Source: Candidatus Nealsonbacteria bacterium (GTDB taxonomy: Bacteria; Patescibacteriota; Minisyncoccia; Minisyncoccales; JAGMDC01). Taken from it: a stretch of 37,591 nucleotides of DNA. The stretch spans positions 1 to 37,591 of the forward strand of contig DAOWLG010000001.1 of assembly GCA_030643485.1 (NCBI GenBank), written 5' to 3'. Every line of letters begins with the position of its first letter. Within the stretch, counting starts at the first letter, position 1. The position numbers were made by a program, and so were the translations under genes. The notes under the pieces were generated by a model. The model did no database searches, was not told the DNA's origin, and worked only from the letters and a program-made list of their open reading frames with translations. Shown piece by piece: positions 19,066 through 27,444 of the stretch.

Positions 19066-19839
19066 TTAATTAAAAGTTTTTCGGCCGCGTTTGTAAAGAT
19101 TCCGAATTTGTGTCGCGTTTAACTCAATATCGTAATTACGAAATCCCCCTAGTTCGCCTAGAAAATCGTTTTTGTATAAAGATTGAACTTGATTCCATTG
19201 TGCCCCTAGTATAGTTTTACAGTTAGCATTATAAAAATTCCCTGATAAAGGCAAAAATGAGACTATCAAACTTTGTGCCACATATATTCCGTCCACATAT
19301 ATTTTAGGATTATTTCCAGCCCCATCGTACGAATAAACTGTGTGATGCCAATTGCCATCACAGAAACTATCAGTAGTTCTAATTAGCCTGTATTTTCCTC
19401 CTGCATGACAATAAATTAAAATATCTAGTTTTTCATCTACATTTAGCGTTGTAATAATATGGCCATTAGAATTGTTATCAGCAATTGCAAATAATGTGTA
19501 GCTAATGGCATCGTCTTTAGATGATTTGAACCAAAGCTCAAAAGTAAAAGGAGTACTATCTGTATATTGAAAATTTGCATTATTAAAAACAATTCTATCT
19601 CTGTCGCCATAAACTTCTCCATGTCCTCCGTCGAAAGTATAAGCGGATTTTCCAGAGCTTAAATTAAATCGTCCCATTTGGGTGGTTGCGCCTGTTACCG
19701 CTCCATTAGTAGAGCCACAACTATCATTAGCATTATTATCAAAAATATAACAATTTATTAAAGCTGCATGGGCAAATCCCAGTTTTGCAAAAATTAATAA
19801 AAAAGCGATGATTAAACAAATTTTTAATTTTTTCAACAT
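19066..19839 (-). CDS. LamG / concanavalin A-like lectin-fold protein with Sec-type signal peptide
   Basis: 257 aa. N-terminus MLKKLKICLIIAFLLIFAKLGFAHA. FTFELWFKS ... GNWHHTVYSYDGAGNNPKIYVDGIYV is a typical laminin-G-3 pattern. Confidence 0.65.
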   Translation of the reverse strand: MLKKLKICLIIAFLLIFAKLGFAHAALINCYIFDNNANDSCGSTNGAVTGATTQMGRFNLSSGKSAYTFDGGHGEVYGDRDRIVFNNANFQYTDSTPFTFELWFKSSKDDAISYTLFAIADNNSNGHIITTLNVDEKLDILIYCHAGGKYRLIRTTDSFCDGNWHHTVYSYDGAGNNPKIYVDGIYVAQSLIVSFLPLSGNFYNANCKTILGAQWNQVQSLYKNDFLGELGGFRNYDIELNATQIRNLYKRGRKTFN

Positions 19840-19850
19840 TGAAAGAAAAC

Positions 19851-20066
19851 TTAAGTAACCGTTATGTTTAAAAGATTGTTTTTTTCTGTTTCAAGCGTAG
19901 ATAAAGCTGCAAGAAGAGCGTCTTTAGTATTTTTGTTCTCAGCTTCTTTCGCGGCTTGAGCAATTTCTCCTGCTTCCACTTTTTGAGCAGATAACTGATC
20001 AAGTTTTTTCTGTATAGCTTCAATTTTTTGTTCAATTGTAGCTTCAGGATTAAATTGGATAGCCAT
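19851..20066 (-). CDS. Small coiled-coil protein
   Basis: 71 aa, Ala/Glu/Lys/Gln heptad-like sequence. Confidence 0.45.
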   Translation of the reverse strand: MAIQFNPEATIEQKIEAIQKKLDQLSAQKVEAGEIAQAAKEAENKNTKDALLAALSTLETEKNNLLNITVT

Positions 20067-20089
20067 TTTTTTATAAAGTTAAAAGGTAA

Positions 20090-20371
20090 TTAAGTAAATT
20101 TTACAATACTCCATCTTTCAGAAAAAAGGTCTAAAGGAGACGGCCAATATGGCATTTTTGTATATCCGTCTTTTTCGCCTTTGCAAGAAAGATTGAAATA
20201 AATATAAGATGTTGTCATTTTACTATTTTTATCACGTTTTTGCATTTCTAGAAACATTTTTGTTGAATCCCAATCCAAATTTGTTACTTTTTCTCCTTTT
20301 TTTAATTTTAGCAAAGCTTCTGAAAAATCAAATACGGCTACATCTTGGTCTTGATTGTTATTTGTACACAT
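20090..20371 (-). CDS. DUF2829 / Tad2-like small protein (candidate anti-Thoeris nucleotide sponge)
   Basis: 93 aa. FSEALLKLKKGEKVTNLDWDS at the N-terminus and PYWPSPLDLFSERWSIV at the C-terminus match the DUF2829 pattern (FgeAl..lk.Gkkv.R.gW ... W.ps..DllaeDW.iv) as I remember it. Confidence 0.55.
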   Translation of the reverse strand: MCTNNNQDQDVAVFDFSEALLKLKKGEKVTNLDWDSTKMFLEMQKRDKNSKMTTSYIYFNLSCKGEKDGYTKMPYWPSPLDLFSERWSIVKFT

Positions 20372-20404
20372 AAATTTTAAAAAGTTAAAATAATAAAAAT
20401 ATTA

Positions 20405-22504
20405 TTAAGTAGCAAATATTGCGGTGTTTGGGATATACCAACAAGAAAATCTGATTGATCCTCCTGCAATAGTCGAACCAACTTGATCGCAAAAAAACTG
20501 TATTCTATCCCCTAGGTTTAACCCCGTTCCTGTTGAGGGTCTGTCATAAGTACTATCATTCGCGCTTGCCGATACAGAAATTTTGCTTGAGTATGTCGTT
20601 GTTCCATTTTTGTGAAGATCGAATAGTCCAGCCGCACCAGTTGGCGCGGTATCCACTCTAACCTGACACCCCAAAAGCAATCCGTCGTCTTTTAACCTCT
20701 GGGTTCCCATAGCATTAGACGAATCAGCAACAGCTGTTAATTCATCTGTGTATTGTAAAACTTCCGCATTTTCATCCGCAAATTTAATTGTAAGCGTATC
20801 ATTAAAAAGATCTTGTTGAGCAAGGATTGTGATTTCTGTGTTGGTGGTATAAGCCGAATCAATAACAACTCCATAGAAAATTTTGGCGCCAGAATTGGTA
20901 ATTTTTAACAATTTTCCAGCTGGAAATAATTCAGTAACATCCGCGCTACTGACATACGCCACGGTTGCGCCTGAATACGTGGTAGTAACACCGTCATCAT
21001 TCCAAAATGCCGCGCTTCCGCCTGCGCTTGCTGCCCATTCGGGAGCTGTTGCGCCTGCATTCATGGTGAGGACTTGCGTTGCTGTCCCTTTGGCAAGCCT
21101 TGTTAGTTTATTAGAATTTCTGTAATAAACATCTCCGTCCACGTCGCTTCCCAGACTCATAGTTACATCGGCCACGGCTGCGCCTGTCGATAATGTACCG
21201 CTAGTTACTGTCCCAATTTTTGAAATTGTTCCTAATAAATTTGTCCAAGTGATTTTGTTGTTATGCCCGCCTGTATCATCATAAAAAATAAATTCATCCG
21301 CGGCCGCTAAGGTATCAGCAGCTTCCCCGTTGATGTTTAGCGCTATTGTAACAGTATCGGTAGCCCCTACCGTAGTAGTTATCGCACTACCGCCTGTAAT
21401 TGTAATTGTATTTTTGTCGTTGATAGTTTGGTTGGCCCCGCCGTCTCCTGCCAACGTAAGATCATTGAAACTAGCTGTCCCTCCAATATATATTGTATCT
21501 CCGTTAATCGTAGTAGCAACCTGGCCACTTCCCGCAATGGTTAAAATATCAGTTGTTGAATCTGCTGTTGTGCTTCCCAAATCTCCTGTTATAGTAGCCC
21601 AAATATTTTGAGCGCCTGCCACTGAAATAAACTCAAGAGCATTTTCGGCGGCATTTACGGAAACGACTTTTCCCCCGCTTCCTGTAAAAACCGAAGGGGT
21701 ATCAGTCAAAGCTAAAAAAGTGGTTGCACCTGTTGCACTCGCCAAAATATCTGTATCTGTCCCAGCTGAATCTTTGAAAAAAAGTTTTGTGATTCCTGCT
21801 ACATCTTTTGTATATAATCTTGCTTTATTTGCTGCTGGATTCGCGGGCGCTGCAATTTCTGAAAACTCAACAAAAGAATCTAAAAGCTTGATACCTTCCG
21901 CTAATATTCCGTTATTGGTGGTATATTCAAGGATTGTATCAACTAATAAATTCCCGGATAAAGTTAAGCCTGTAAACCCAGGGCTTACACTCCCCCGCAA
22001 ATCTTGAGAAATGAAAGTATGATCTGTCCCATCGCTTGATACATGGGTATATGCTGAATCATAATTTGTTTTTAGCGCTGCAGTTAGATTTTTTTCACTT
22101 CTAACGAAATTAGCGCCGTCATCAATATCATCAATCGTCGCGCCTGTCCCTACCTGTCCGCTTGTTCCTCTCAAAATTCCTGATAAAGCTTGAACATGAA
22201 AAGTACTATCAATATTTACACCGCTCCCCGCTGTCTTTTCCTGGATATGATCGACCAATAAGGGATCTAAAGCTGCTCCGCTGAACGTCGAAACATCCAA
22301 AACGTCAAAATATCCGTTTATTCTATCCGAAGGATCACCAACGGAAAAACTTCGAATCGGTTTAACTGCGGATTTTCCTGAAATTTTAACCCAATAATCT
22401 TGGATTGATCCCGTGATTGATCGCGCATAAACAGGCGTCATAATCCCGGCAAAAAAACTCAAAAGAAAAAGAAGTACAACACAAAATTTTTTAAATTTGC
22501 TCAT
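20405..22504 (-). CDS. Large fibre/adhesin-like protein with Sec-type signal peptide
   Basis: 699 aa. N-terminus MSKFKKFCVVLLFLLSFFAGIMTPVYA-RS. The remainder is Thr/Gly/Ala/Ser-rich beta-type sequence. Confidence 0.5.
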   Translation of the reverse strand: MSKFKKFCVVLLFLLSFFAGIMTPVYARSITGSIQDYWVKISGKSAVKPIRSFSVGDPSDRINGYFDVLDVSTFSGAALDPLLVDHIQEKTAGSGVNIDSTFHVQALSGILRGTSGQVGTGATIDDIDDGANFVRSEKNLTAALKTNYDSAYTHVSSDGTDHTFISQDLRGSVSPGFTGLTLSGNLLVDTILEYTTNNGILAEGIKLLDSFVEFSEIAAPANPAANKARLYTKDVAGITKLFFKDSAGTDTDILASATGATTFLALTDTPSVFTGSGGKVVSVNAAENALEFISVAGAQNIWATITGDLGSTTADSTTDILTIAGSGQVATTINGDTIYIGGTASFNDLTLAGDGGANQTINDKNTITITGGSAITTTVGATDTVTIALNINGEAADTLAAADEFIFYDDTGGHNNKITWTNLLGTISKIGTVTSGTLSTGAAVADVTMSLGSDVDGDVYYRNSNKLTRLAKGTATQVLTMNAGATAPEWAASAGGSAAFWNDDGVTTTYSGATVAYVSSADVTELFPAGKLLKITNSGAKIFYGVVIDSAYTTNTEITILAQQDLFNDTLTIKFADENAEVLQYTDELTAVADSSNAMGTQRLKDDGLLLGCQVRVDTAPTGAAGLFDLHKNGTTTYSSKISVSASANDSTYDRPSTGTGLNLGDRIQFFCDQVGSTIAGGSIRFSCWYIPNTAIFAT

Positions 22505-22510
22505 ATTTTT

Positions 22511-22804
22511 TTAGGCGTTAATTAAGGCTATTTGATTATTCGTTCCGCCGTTAGAAATTAAATTAAATACGGGGTATTCTTCCCCCGTCCATACATATTC
22601 TCCATTAGCGGCGGGGATAAGAATACCGCTACCAACTACAGCCGTATCGTCCAATTCCAGGTATATATCATACGAAGCATGAGTATTTTGTAAGGTTACA
22701 CTTTTTTTTCCAGGCAAAGAAATATGCTTGGCAAAAACTGTTTTTTGCGCGGCAGATAGCAAAGAGGTTAATTCTGAACTTGTCGCGGGGACAGAAATGA
22801 GCAT
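22511..22804 (-). CDS. Hypothetical small beta-rich protein preceding the 699-aa gene
   Basis: 97-aa ORF, separated from the downstream gene by 6 nt. Confidence 0.45.
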   Translation of the reverse strand: MLISVPATSSELTSLLSAAQKTVFAKHISLPGKKSVTLQNTHASYDIYLELDDTAVVGSGILIPAANGEYVWTGEEYPVFNLISNGGTNNQIALINA

Positions 22805-22832
22805 AAGATTTTTTAAAAATATCTTTTATAAT

Positions 22833-23603
22833 TTATTCATAACACAAAAACAAAAAAAAGGAAAATATTATTTTTTTTTTGTGTTTTTGAGTTTTCAAAA
22901 ACTCTTTCTTGTAAAAATCACAGCAAGAAAAAAAACTTGTAATATTTGTAGGATTATCGATTTTTAAAGTTTTATTGATTATTTTTTCAGAATATTTTTG
23001 AAAAACAAAGCTGGTTAAACCTTCTGGAGATTTTACTCCTTCTTTTTCTGAAAACCATTTTTTTAAAACTTCAAAATTTTTTCTTTGGGGGGTAAGGGGG
23101 GGTTCTTTAATATTCTTTATATTCTTATACCCTTCTTGAATGTGTTCACTTTTTGTTCGTTTGTTGTTCACTAGTTGTTCAGTCTTTTGATATTTGTTCC
23201 AATTCACTATATGTATAAGCCTAAATTTATTAAAAGTTTGTTGTTCAATTTTTGTTCGTTTGTTGTTCACTAGTTGTTCACTTTTTTGATATTTTTTCCA
23301 ATTAACTATATGTATAAGCCTAAATTTATTGAAAGTTTGTTGTTCAATTTGTTGTTCGATTTCGAGGTATTTCAAAATTCTTTCAATTTTACTCTCGTTA
23401 ATACCTGAAATTTTAGCTAATTTTTTTCGTCCAGTTATAAATTCACCTAGCCTTAATTTATTTTTTTTACTATTAAATATGAAGAATTGTTTTTTTTGGT
23501 GATTGGCTAGTATTAGTAAAAGAAGCCACAAAGCTAAATATTCTGGTTTTTTAGAAATTACATTTGTTAAAATTTTACGATGTAGTTTAATCCAGCCTTG
23601 CAT
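22833..23603 (-). CDS. Phage replisome-organizer / replication-initiator-like winged-helix protein
   Basis: 256 aa. MQGWIKLHRKIL ... GEFITGRKKLAKISGINESKIERILKYLEIEQQIEQQT ... RLIHIVNW.KYQ resembles the N-terminal domain of Firmicutes-phage replisome organizers. It contains a duplicated 33-aa segment. Confidence 0.6.
   Translation of the reverse strand: MQGWIKLHRKILTNVISKKPEYLALWLLLLILANHQKKQFFIFNSKKNKLRLGEFITGRKKLAKISGINESKIERILKYLEIEQQIEQQTFNKFRLIHIVNWKKYQKSEQLVNNKRTKIEQQTFNKFRLIHIVNWNKYQKTEQLVNNKRTKSEHIQEGYKNIKNIKEPPLTPQRKNFEVLKKWFSEKEGVKSPEGLTSFVFQKYSEKIINKTLKIDNPTNITSFFSCCDFYKKEFLKTQKHKKKIIFSFFLFLCYE
23151..23348. repeat. 2 x 99-bp tandem duplication inside the replisome-organizer-like gene, rich in TTGTTCA (TGAACAA) iterons
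   Basis: Unit starts at 23151 and 23250, with only a few mismatches. Encodes EQQTFNKFRLIHIVNW(K/N)KYQK(S/T)EQLVNNKRTK twice. Confidence 0.9.
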
Positions 23604-23633
23604 TTACTTTTATTTTTATATTTAAAAAGCCCT

Positions 23634-23753
23634 CCTTCAAAAAAGGAAAACCAAAGTTAAATTAAGTTGCGAGACAACTTTTAAGAGAGGAGAGCTTTTT
23701 AAATACAAAAAACTTTGGTATTTTTTATTATCTCGCATACAAACTTTTGAAGG
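23634..23753. promoter_or_regulatory. Nested inverted repeats in the terminase/replication intergenic gap (structured element)
   Basis: ccttcaaaa 23634-23642 pairs with ttttgaagg 23745-23753. ccaaagtt 23651-23658 pairs with aactttgg 23711-23718. aagttg 23664-23669 pairs with caactt 23675-23680. gcgaga (23670-23675, spanning the hairpin loop) is complementary to tctcgc at 23731-23736. Confidence 0.5.
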
Positions 23754-23829
23754 TATTTTTTAATTATCTCATTTTTTAAAAAATTTGTCCATATTTTTAA
23801 GGATATGACTGATTTTGTCCCCCTCTCTT

Positions 23830-25278
23830 CTAATACGGATCACTAAGAGGAATATCAGAATCAGAGAAATCATTTTCTTTTTCCATTTCTCGAAATTGGG
23901 GTTTTTGGATTAAACATCTGCCCAAATTTTCAATAAAATGGTCATCTTTATCGACAGGTTTTTCTTTCGCTCCTTTTTTATTTCTGGCTTTACCAACCCA
24001 ATTGTCCCACCTGTATCGCTCCACTTCCCAAATCATTTGTTTACAATTATCAAAAAAGTAAAGTTGAGGTGGTTTTTGCATAAATCCGCCTAGTTCCTGA
24101 AAATTTAGAGCGTTAGCAATACATCTATCAGCTGTGCTTCTAAATTTTGTTGCTTTTTGATAATGCAAGCCTTTTTCACTCAAAATTTTAGCTAAAGAAT
24201 TGTTAGAATCACCTCTATGTTGATCTTCATTGAAAGCGGCAGGATCGGCCAGCCGCTTAACAATTCTGAATTGAGAGGCTTTATTTTTGATTCGTTGGGC
24301 TAATTCATCAAATTTGCCAAAAACGTTAATGCTCAATTCATCAACAACAAAAATTGTTCCTTTGCGGTCGATAGCAACCCAAAGCACAGCATCGGGGTGG
24401 CGCGGGTGAGGGTCAAGCATTTCCCACACAACATAATTTTCCATAGTGATATCAAACGGTTTAATCACATGGATTTTTCTTGAAAATTGTTTAAAAATAA
24501 TTCCTGTTAAATGTTGATATTTCCCAAAAATTCTTGCTTGTTTATCTTCTTCGGAATATTGAGAGATCATTAACTCAATATTTTGTCTGCTTAGTTGTCC
24601 TCTTGTTCCTGGAATATCTTTACAGGCGCTCCATACGTCGGCTTGGACATAAGCTCTTTTTCCTTTTTCGTTATTTGTATTACAGATAATTTCATCATAC
24701 AAAAAAATTGAATTTGAGCCGATAGGAGTTTCCGTAATAAACATTCTTCCCCCCATACGTAGCCGTGAAATATTGGCTTTATAAATAGCCTCAGGGCAAG
24801 GCTCGTCTAAAAAGCACCACCCCAAATCAACACTCTCAAATTCTTTGGTTTCTTGATCATAAGTCATCAAATCAAAACTAAAAGCTGTATCCATTTTCCA
24901 AAAATACTCATAATTTTTACCTTTTTTTTCGGTTGTGTATCTTCCTTCAGGCAACCATTTTTTAAGTTCAGGTATGATTTTTTCTTGTATATTTGTTGGA
25001 TCAGAAACGATCCTCCCACGCTTGATATATGGCCAATCTAGCCATAGCGGTGTTTGAAAATATTTATTGCCACACGGAAAAAACAAATGTGCGAGCATAT
25101 TAACAGCGGTCGCGGTTTTTCCAATACCGTTAGCCGCTGAATATAACGTTATAAACCACTCATTACTACCAACCAAATCAATAAACTCTTCTCCCTTGAC
25201 TGTTGGAATAAAATACCTATATTTTTCCTTTTCTAGTCTATATAATTTTTCTTTTTTCAGCTCTTGTGTATCAGTCAT
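23830..25278 (-). CDS. terL: Terminase large subunit
   Basis: 482 aa. Walker A-like NGIGKTA, Walker B-like WCFLDEP, C-terminal acidic nuclease-type region. Preceded by a small-terminase-like gene. Confidence 0.85.
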   Translation of the reverse strand: MTDTQELKKEKLYRLEKEKYRYFIPTVKGEEFIDLVGSNEWFITLYSAANGIGKTATAVNMLAHLFFPCGNKYFQTPLWLDWPYIKRGRIVSDPTNIQEKIIPELKKWLPEGRYTTEKKGKNYEYFWKMDTAFSFDLMTYDQETKEFESVDLGWCFLDEPCPEAIYKANISRLRMGGRMFITETPIGSNSIFLYDEIICNTNNEKGKRAYVQADVWSACKDIPGTRGQLSRQNIELMISQYSEEDKQARIFGKYQHLTGIIFKQFSRKIHVIKPFDITMENYVVWEMLDPHPRHPDAVLWVAIDRKGTIFVVDELSINVFGKFDELAQRIKNKASQFRIVKRLADPAAFNEDQHRGDSNNSLAKILSEKGLHYQKATKFRSTADRCIANALNFQELGGFMQKPPQLYFFDNCKQMIWEVERYRWDNWVGKARNKKGAKEKPVDKDDHFIENLGRCLIQKPQFREMEKENDFSDSDIPLSDPY

Positions 25279-25279
25279 T

Positions 25280-25465
25280 TTATTGTTTTTGAGGTTCTTT
25301 TAGAAATTTGTCACATTTGTTAAAAAGAAGACACTCAACTAGACAATTTGAATCTTTAATTAGTCCGTCAACTTTGGTATGGAGAGTAGAAATGAGGTGA
25401 AGAGTTACCAATAACATCAAAAAAAATAAAGTAAAAAAAGCCGTTTTTAAAAAATCATCTAACAT
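25280..25465 (-). CDS. Small single-pass membrane protein
   Basis: 61 aa; hydrophobic helix AFFTLFFLMLLVTLHLI; sits between the two terminase genes. Confidence 0.35.
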   Translation of the reverse strand: MLDDFLKTAFFTLFFLMLLVTLHLISTLHTKVDGLIKDSNCLVECLLFNKCDKFLKEPQKQ

Positions 25466-25488
25466 TTTTTAATGATTAAATAATAAAA

Positions 25489-26022
25489 TTAAGTTGCTTC
25501 CAAAAGTTTTTGATTCAGTTCTTCATCGCTTAAATTAGAGTAAGGTCTAGGAGAAATCTCATGTTTTTCGGGCGCAAAATCACCGCGTAACCTAAAAACA
25601 AATTCTAAGGCTGATTTAACTGAAAAAGTGTCGGGTCTTTCTGATTCAATCATGCTCAATTTCTTTTTATTTCCTTTAAATTCTATTTTTTTGATCAACT
25701 CATTTTTGTCTAGAAGCGCTTTCAGTTTTTTCGCCAAAAATTTTTCATCTATCCCGACTTGATCAAGTTCGGCGATTAGGGCAGTCGGAAAAATTTTAGT
25801 TATTTCTTTTTCTAACCGTGATTGAAAATTTTGGCTCCTATATCCTGCAATTTTTAAGGCAGCTCTCCCTGTATGCCCGTTCAATTTTGCTGCGACATAT
25901 CGAGCTTGTCTTGGGTTTAGTTTATTTTCTTTCTTTTTAAACGTTTTTGCTTTCTTCTTTAATATGTCAACTTTGGCAAGAATGGCCAAAGTTTTTGCGG
26001 GAAAGATTAAATTTTGAGACAT
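25489..26022 (-). CDS. terS: Terminase small subunit
   Basis: 177 aa. LNPRQARYVAAKLNGHTGRAALKIAGY resembles the HTH of Terminase_2-type small subunits. Located upstream of terL. Confidence 0.65.
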   Translation of the reverse strand: MSQNLIFPAKTLAILAKVDILKKKAKTFKKKENKLNPRQARYVAAKLNGHTGRAALKIAGYRSQNFQSRLEKEITKIFPTALIAELDQVGIDEKFLAKKLKALLDKNELIKKIEFKGNKKKLSMIESERPDTFSVKSALEFVFRLRGDFAPEKHEISPRPYSNLSDEELNQKLLEAT

Positions 26023-26034
26023 TTTTAAATTTAA

Positions 26035-26277
26035 TTAATATTGTTTAGAATTAAGCAAAATACTTAAGCCTGCGGCTGCACATTTTGCTGAACAGTATTT
26101 AGTTTTTGGATGTTGCTTTAAAAAACTTGGTAATTTATAGAAAATTTTAGAGCAAATGGGACAGAGACAAGGAGTCCTTTTTACTCTTTCTCCCTTCAAA
26201 TGATTTCCATGTCTCCCTCGTCCGTCTTTTTTTTTAATAATTTTAGGCTTATGCTGGTTTAGATATTTTTTTAACAT
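26035..26277 (-). CDS. Small basic zinc-finger protein (FCS/MYM-like)
   Basis: 80 aa; CLCPICSKIF ... YCSAKCAAAG. Confidence 0.45.
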   Translation of the reverse strand: MLKKYLNQHKPKIIKKKDGRGRHGNHLKGERVKRTPCLCPICSKIFYKLPSFLKQHPKTKYCSAKCAAAGLSILLNSKQY

Positions 26278-26639
26278 TAATATATTTCTTTAAAAAGAAT
26301 ATCAGGATTTTTTTTAAAAAACAATTTTTTTTTGAGCTTATAAACCTCTGTTGTAAAGGTTTTTGAGGCTTTGACATCTTCTACTACAACTTGTCCTGTT
26401 AGATTATAATATTCGAAATCGGCGATGTATTTTATTTGGCGTATGTTTTTACCATTATGTTTAAATTGTTCTTGTAATACGTATTCAGGTTGTAGTTTTA
26501 GGCATGTAATATTTTTACATCGTTCAAGGATTTTTAATTCGCAATATCTATTGGCCTCTTTTTTTGAATCAAATTTTATGCCGTCAATTACTGTTTTTTG
26601 ATTATGGTACTTAGACCTTGGAATATTCCAACGAATCAT
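26277..26639 (-). CDS. DUF1064-family protein (PD-(D/E)XK-like putative Holliday-junction resolvase/endonuclease)
   Basis: 120 aa. KYHNQKTVIDGIKFDSKKEANRY ... LQPEYVL ... IKYIADFEY ... VEDVKA matches the DUF1064 pattern known from SPP1-type and staphylococcal phages. Confidence 0.75.
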   Translation of the reverse strand: MIRWNIPRSKYHNQKTVIDGIKFDSKKEANRYCELKILERCKNITCLKLQPEYVLQEQFKHNGKNIRQIKYIADFEYYNLTGQVVVEDVKASKTFTTEVYKLKKKLFFKKNPDILFKEIY

Positions 26640-26899
26640 ATATTTGTCGGTTCTGATATTTTGATTTTGATTTCTTGTAATTCTTTGATGATTTGCCGTA
26701 GCTCTAGAAGGTTGGTGGCCTGAAGAGACAAAATATCGATTGCATCGTTGTAGGCAGCGATTAACGTGGGATAATAACCCAAAGTTTTAAATGGATATTT
26801 TGGGTTGTTCATTTTTTTGGTAACCGCCCAGCTCAAATCATCAAATTGAACAAGAAAATGGTCTTTTGGTAGATTGAATTTTATTTTATTTTTTTCCAT
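26636..26899 (-). CDS. Hypothetical early protein
   Basis: I prefer the internal Met (MEKNKIKF) of the 106-aa ORF, because the longer start would overlap the upstream gene by 71 nt. Confidence 0.4.
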   Translation of the reverse strand: MEKNKIKFNLPKDHFLVQFDDLSWAVTKKMNNPKYPFKTLGYYPTLIAAYNDAIDILSLQATNLLELRQIIKELQEIKIKISEPTNI

Positions 26900-27104
26900 T
26901 CTTAAAAGTTTCGTAAAAAAATAGAATTTTTGTAGAATCAAGCCAAATACGTACATGTTTAGGTGGCTTTATTTTGTCGATAATTAGCAAAACCTGGAAA
27001 AAGTGAGATTTGCTTGTTTGATGTTTTTGGATCAAAGCAGCGATTTCTAGGACATCATTTTTGAGTTTTATTTGAACCCCTGTGGTAAGAATTAGTTCAG
27101 TCAT
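26886..27104 (-). CDS. Hypothetical early protein
   Basis: 72-aa co-directional ORF. Confidence 0.4.
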   Translation of the reverse strand: MTELILTTGVQIKLKNDVLEIAALIQKHQTSKSHFFQVLLIIDKIKPPKHVRIWLDSTKILFFYETFKNGKK

Positions 27105-27116
27105 TTTATTATATGG

Positions 27117-27293
27117 TTATATTTTAAATTCGATTTTATGTTTTATAGCCTTTTCTATTTCCTTTTGAATCAAAGAAAGAGGCTGGAAGCTCAACTGTTT
27201 TTTTAATTCTTGGTTTTCTTGTTCAAGTTTTTGAATTAAAATTTGTTGTTTTAAAATTATTCTAATTCTGTTATCTTGTTCAAGGTTTTTCAT
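27117..27293 (-). CDS. Small coiled-coil protein (below the ORF-track size cut-off)
   Basis: Hand translation: MKNLEQDNRIRIILKQQILIQKLEQENQELKKQLSFQPLSLIQKEIEKAIKHKIEFKI (58 aa). It fills an otherwise empty gap. Confidence 0.35.
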   Translation of the reverse strand: MKNLEQDNRIRIILKQQILIQKLEQENQELKKQLSFQPLSLIQKEIEKAIKHKIEFKI

Positions 27294-27444
27294 TATTGAT
27301 TTTATTTAGAAAATTTTTAAATTGTGTTGGTTTAAAATTTCCACAAACAGTACAAGGTTCACATACCCAAAACTCCCCCGTTAATCCAATTTTTTTAGCA
27401 CAATCTTCACAAATTGCATAAGTTTCTTGAGCTATTTTTTCCAT
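27280..27444 (-). CDS. Small zinc-ribbon protein
   Basis: Starts at the internal Met MEKIAQETYAICEDCAKKIGLTGEFWVCEPCTVCGNF; has CxxC and CxxCxxC motifs. Confidence 0.4.
   Translation of the reverse strand: MEKIAQETYAICEDCAKKIGLTGEFWVCEPCTVCGNFKPTQFKNFLNKINNEKP

Noticed and set aside
7966-22504. Diversity-generating retroelement targeting the fibre genes
   Set aside because: I saw no reverse transcriptase ORF and no template/variable repeat pair.
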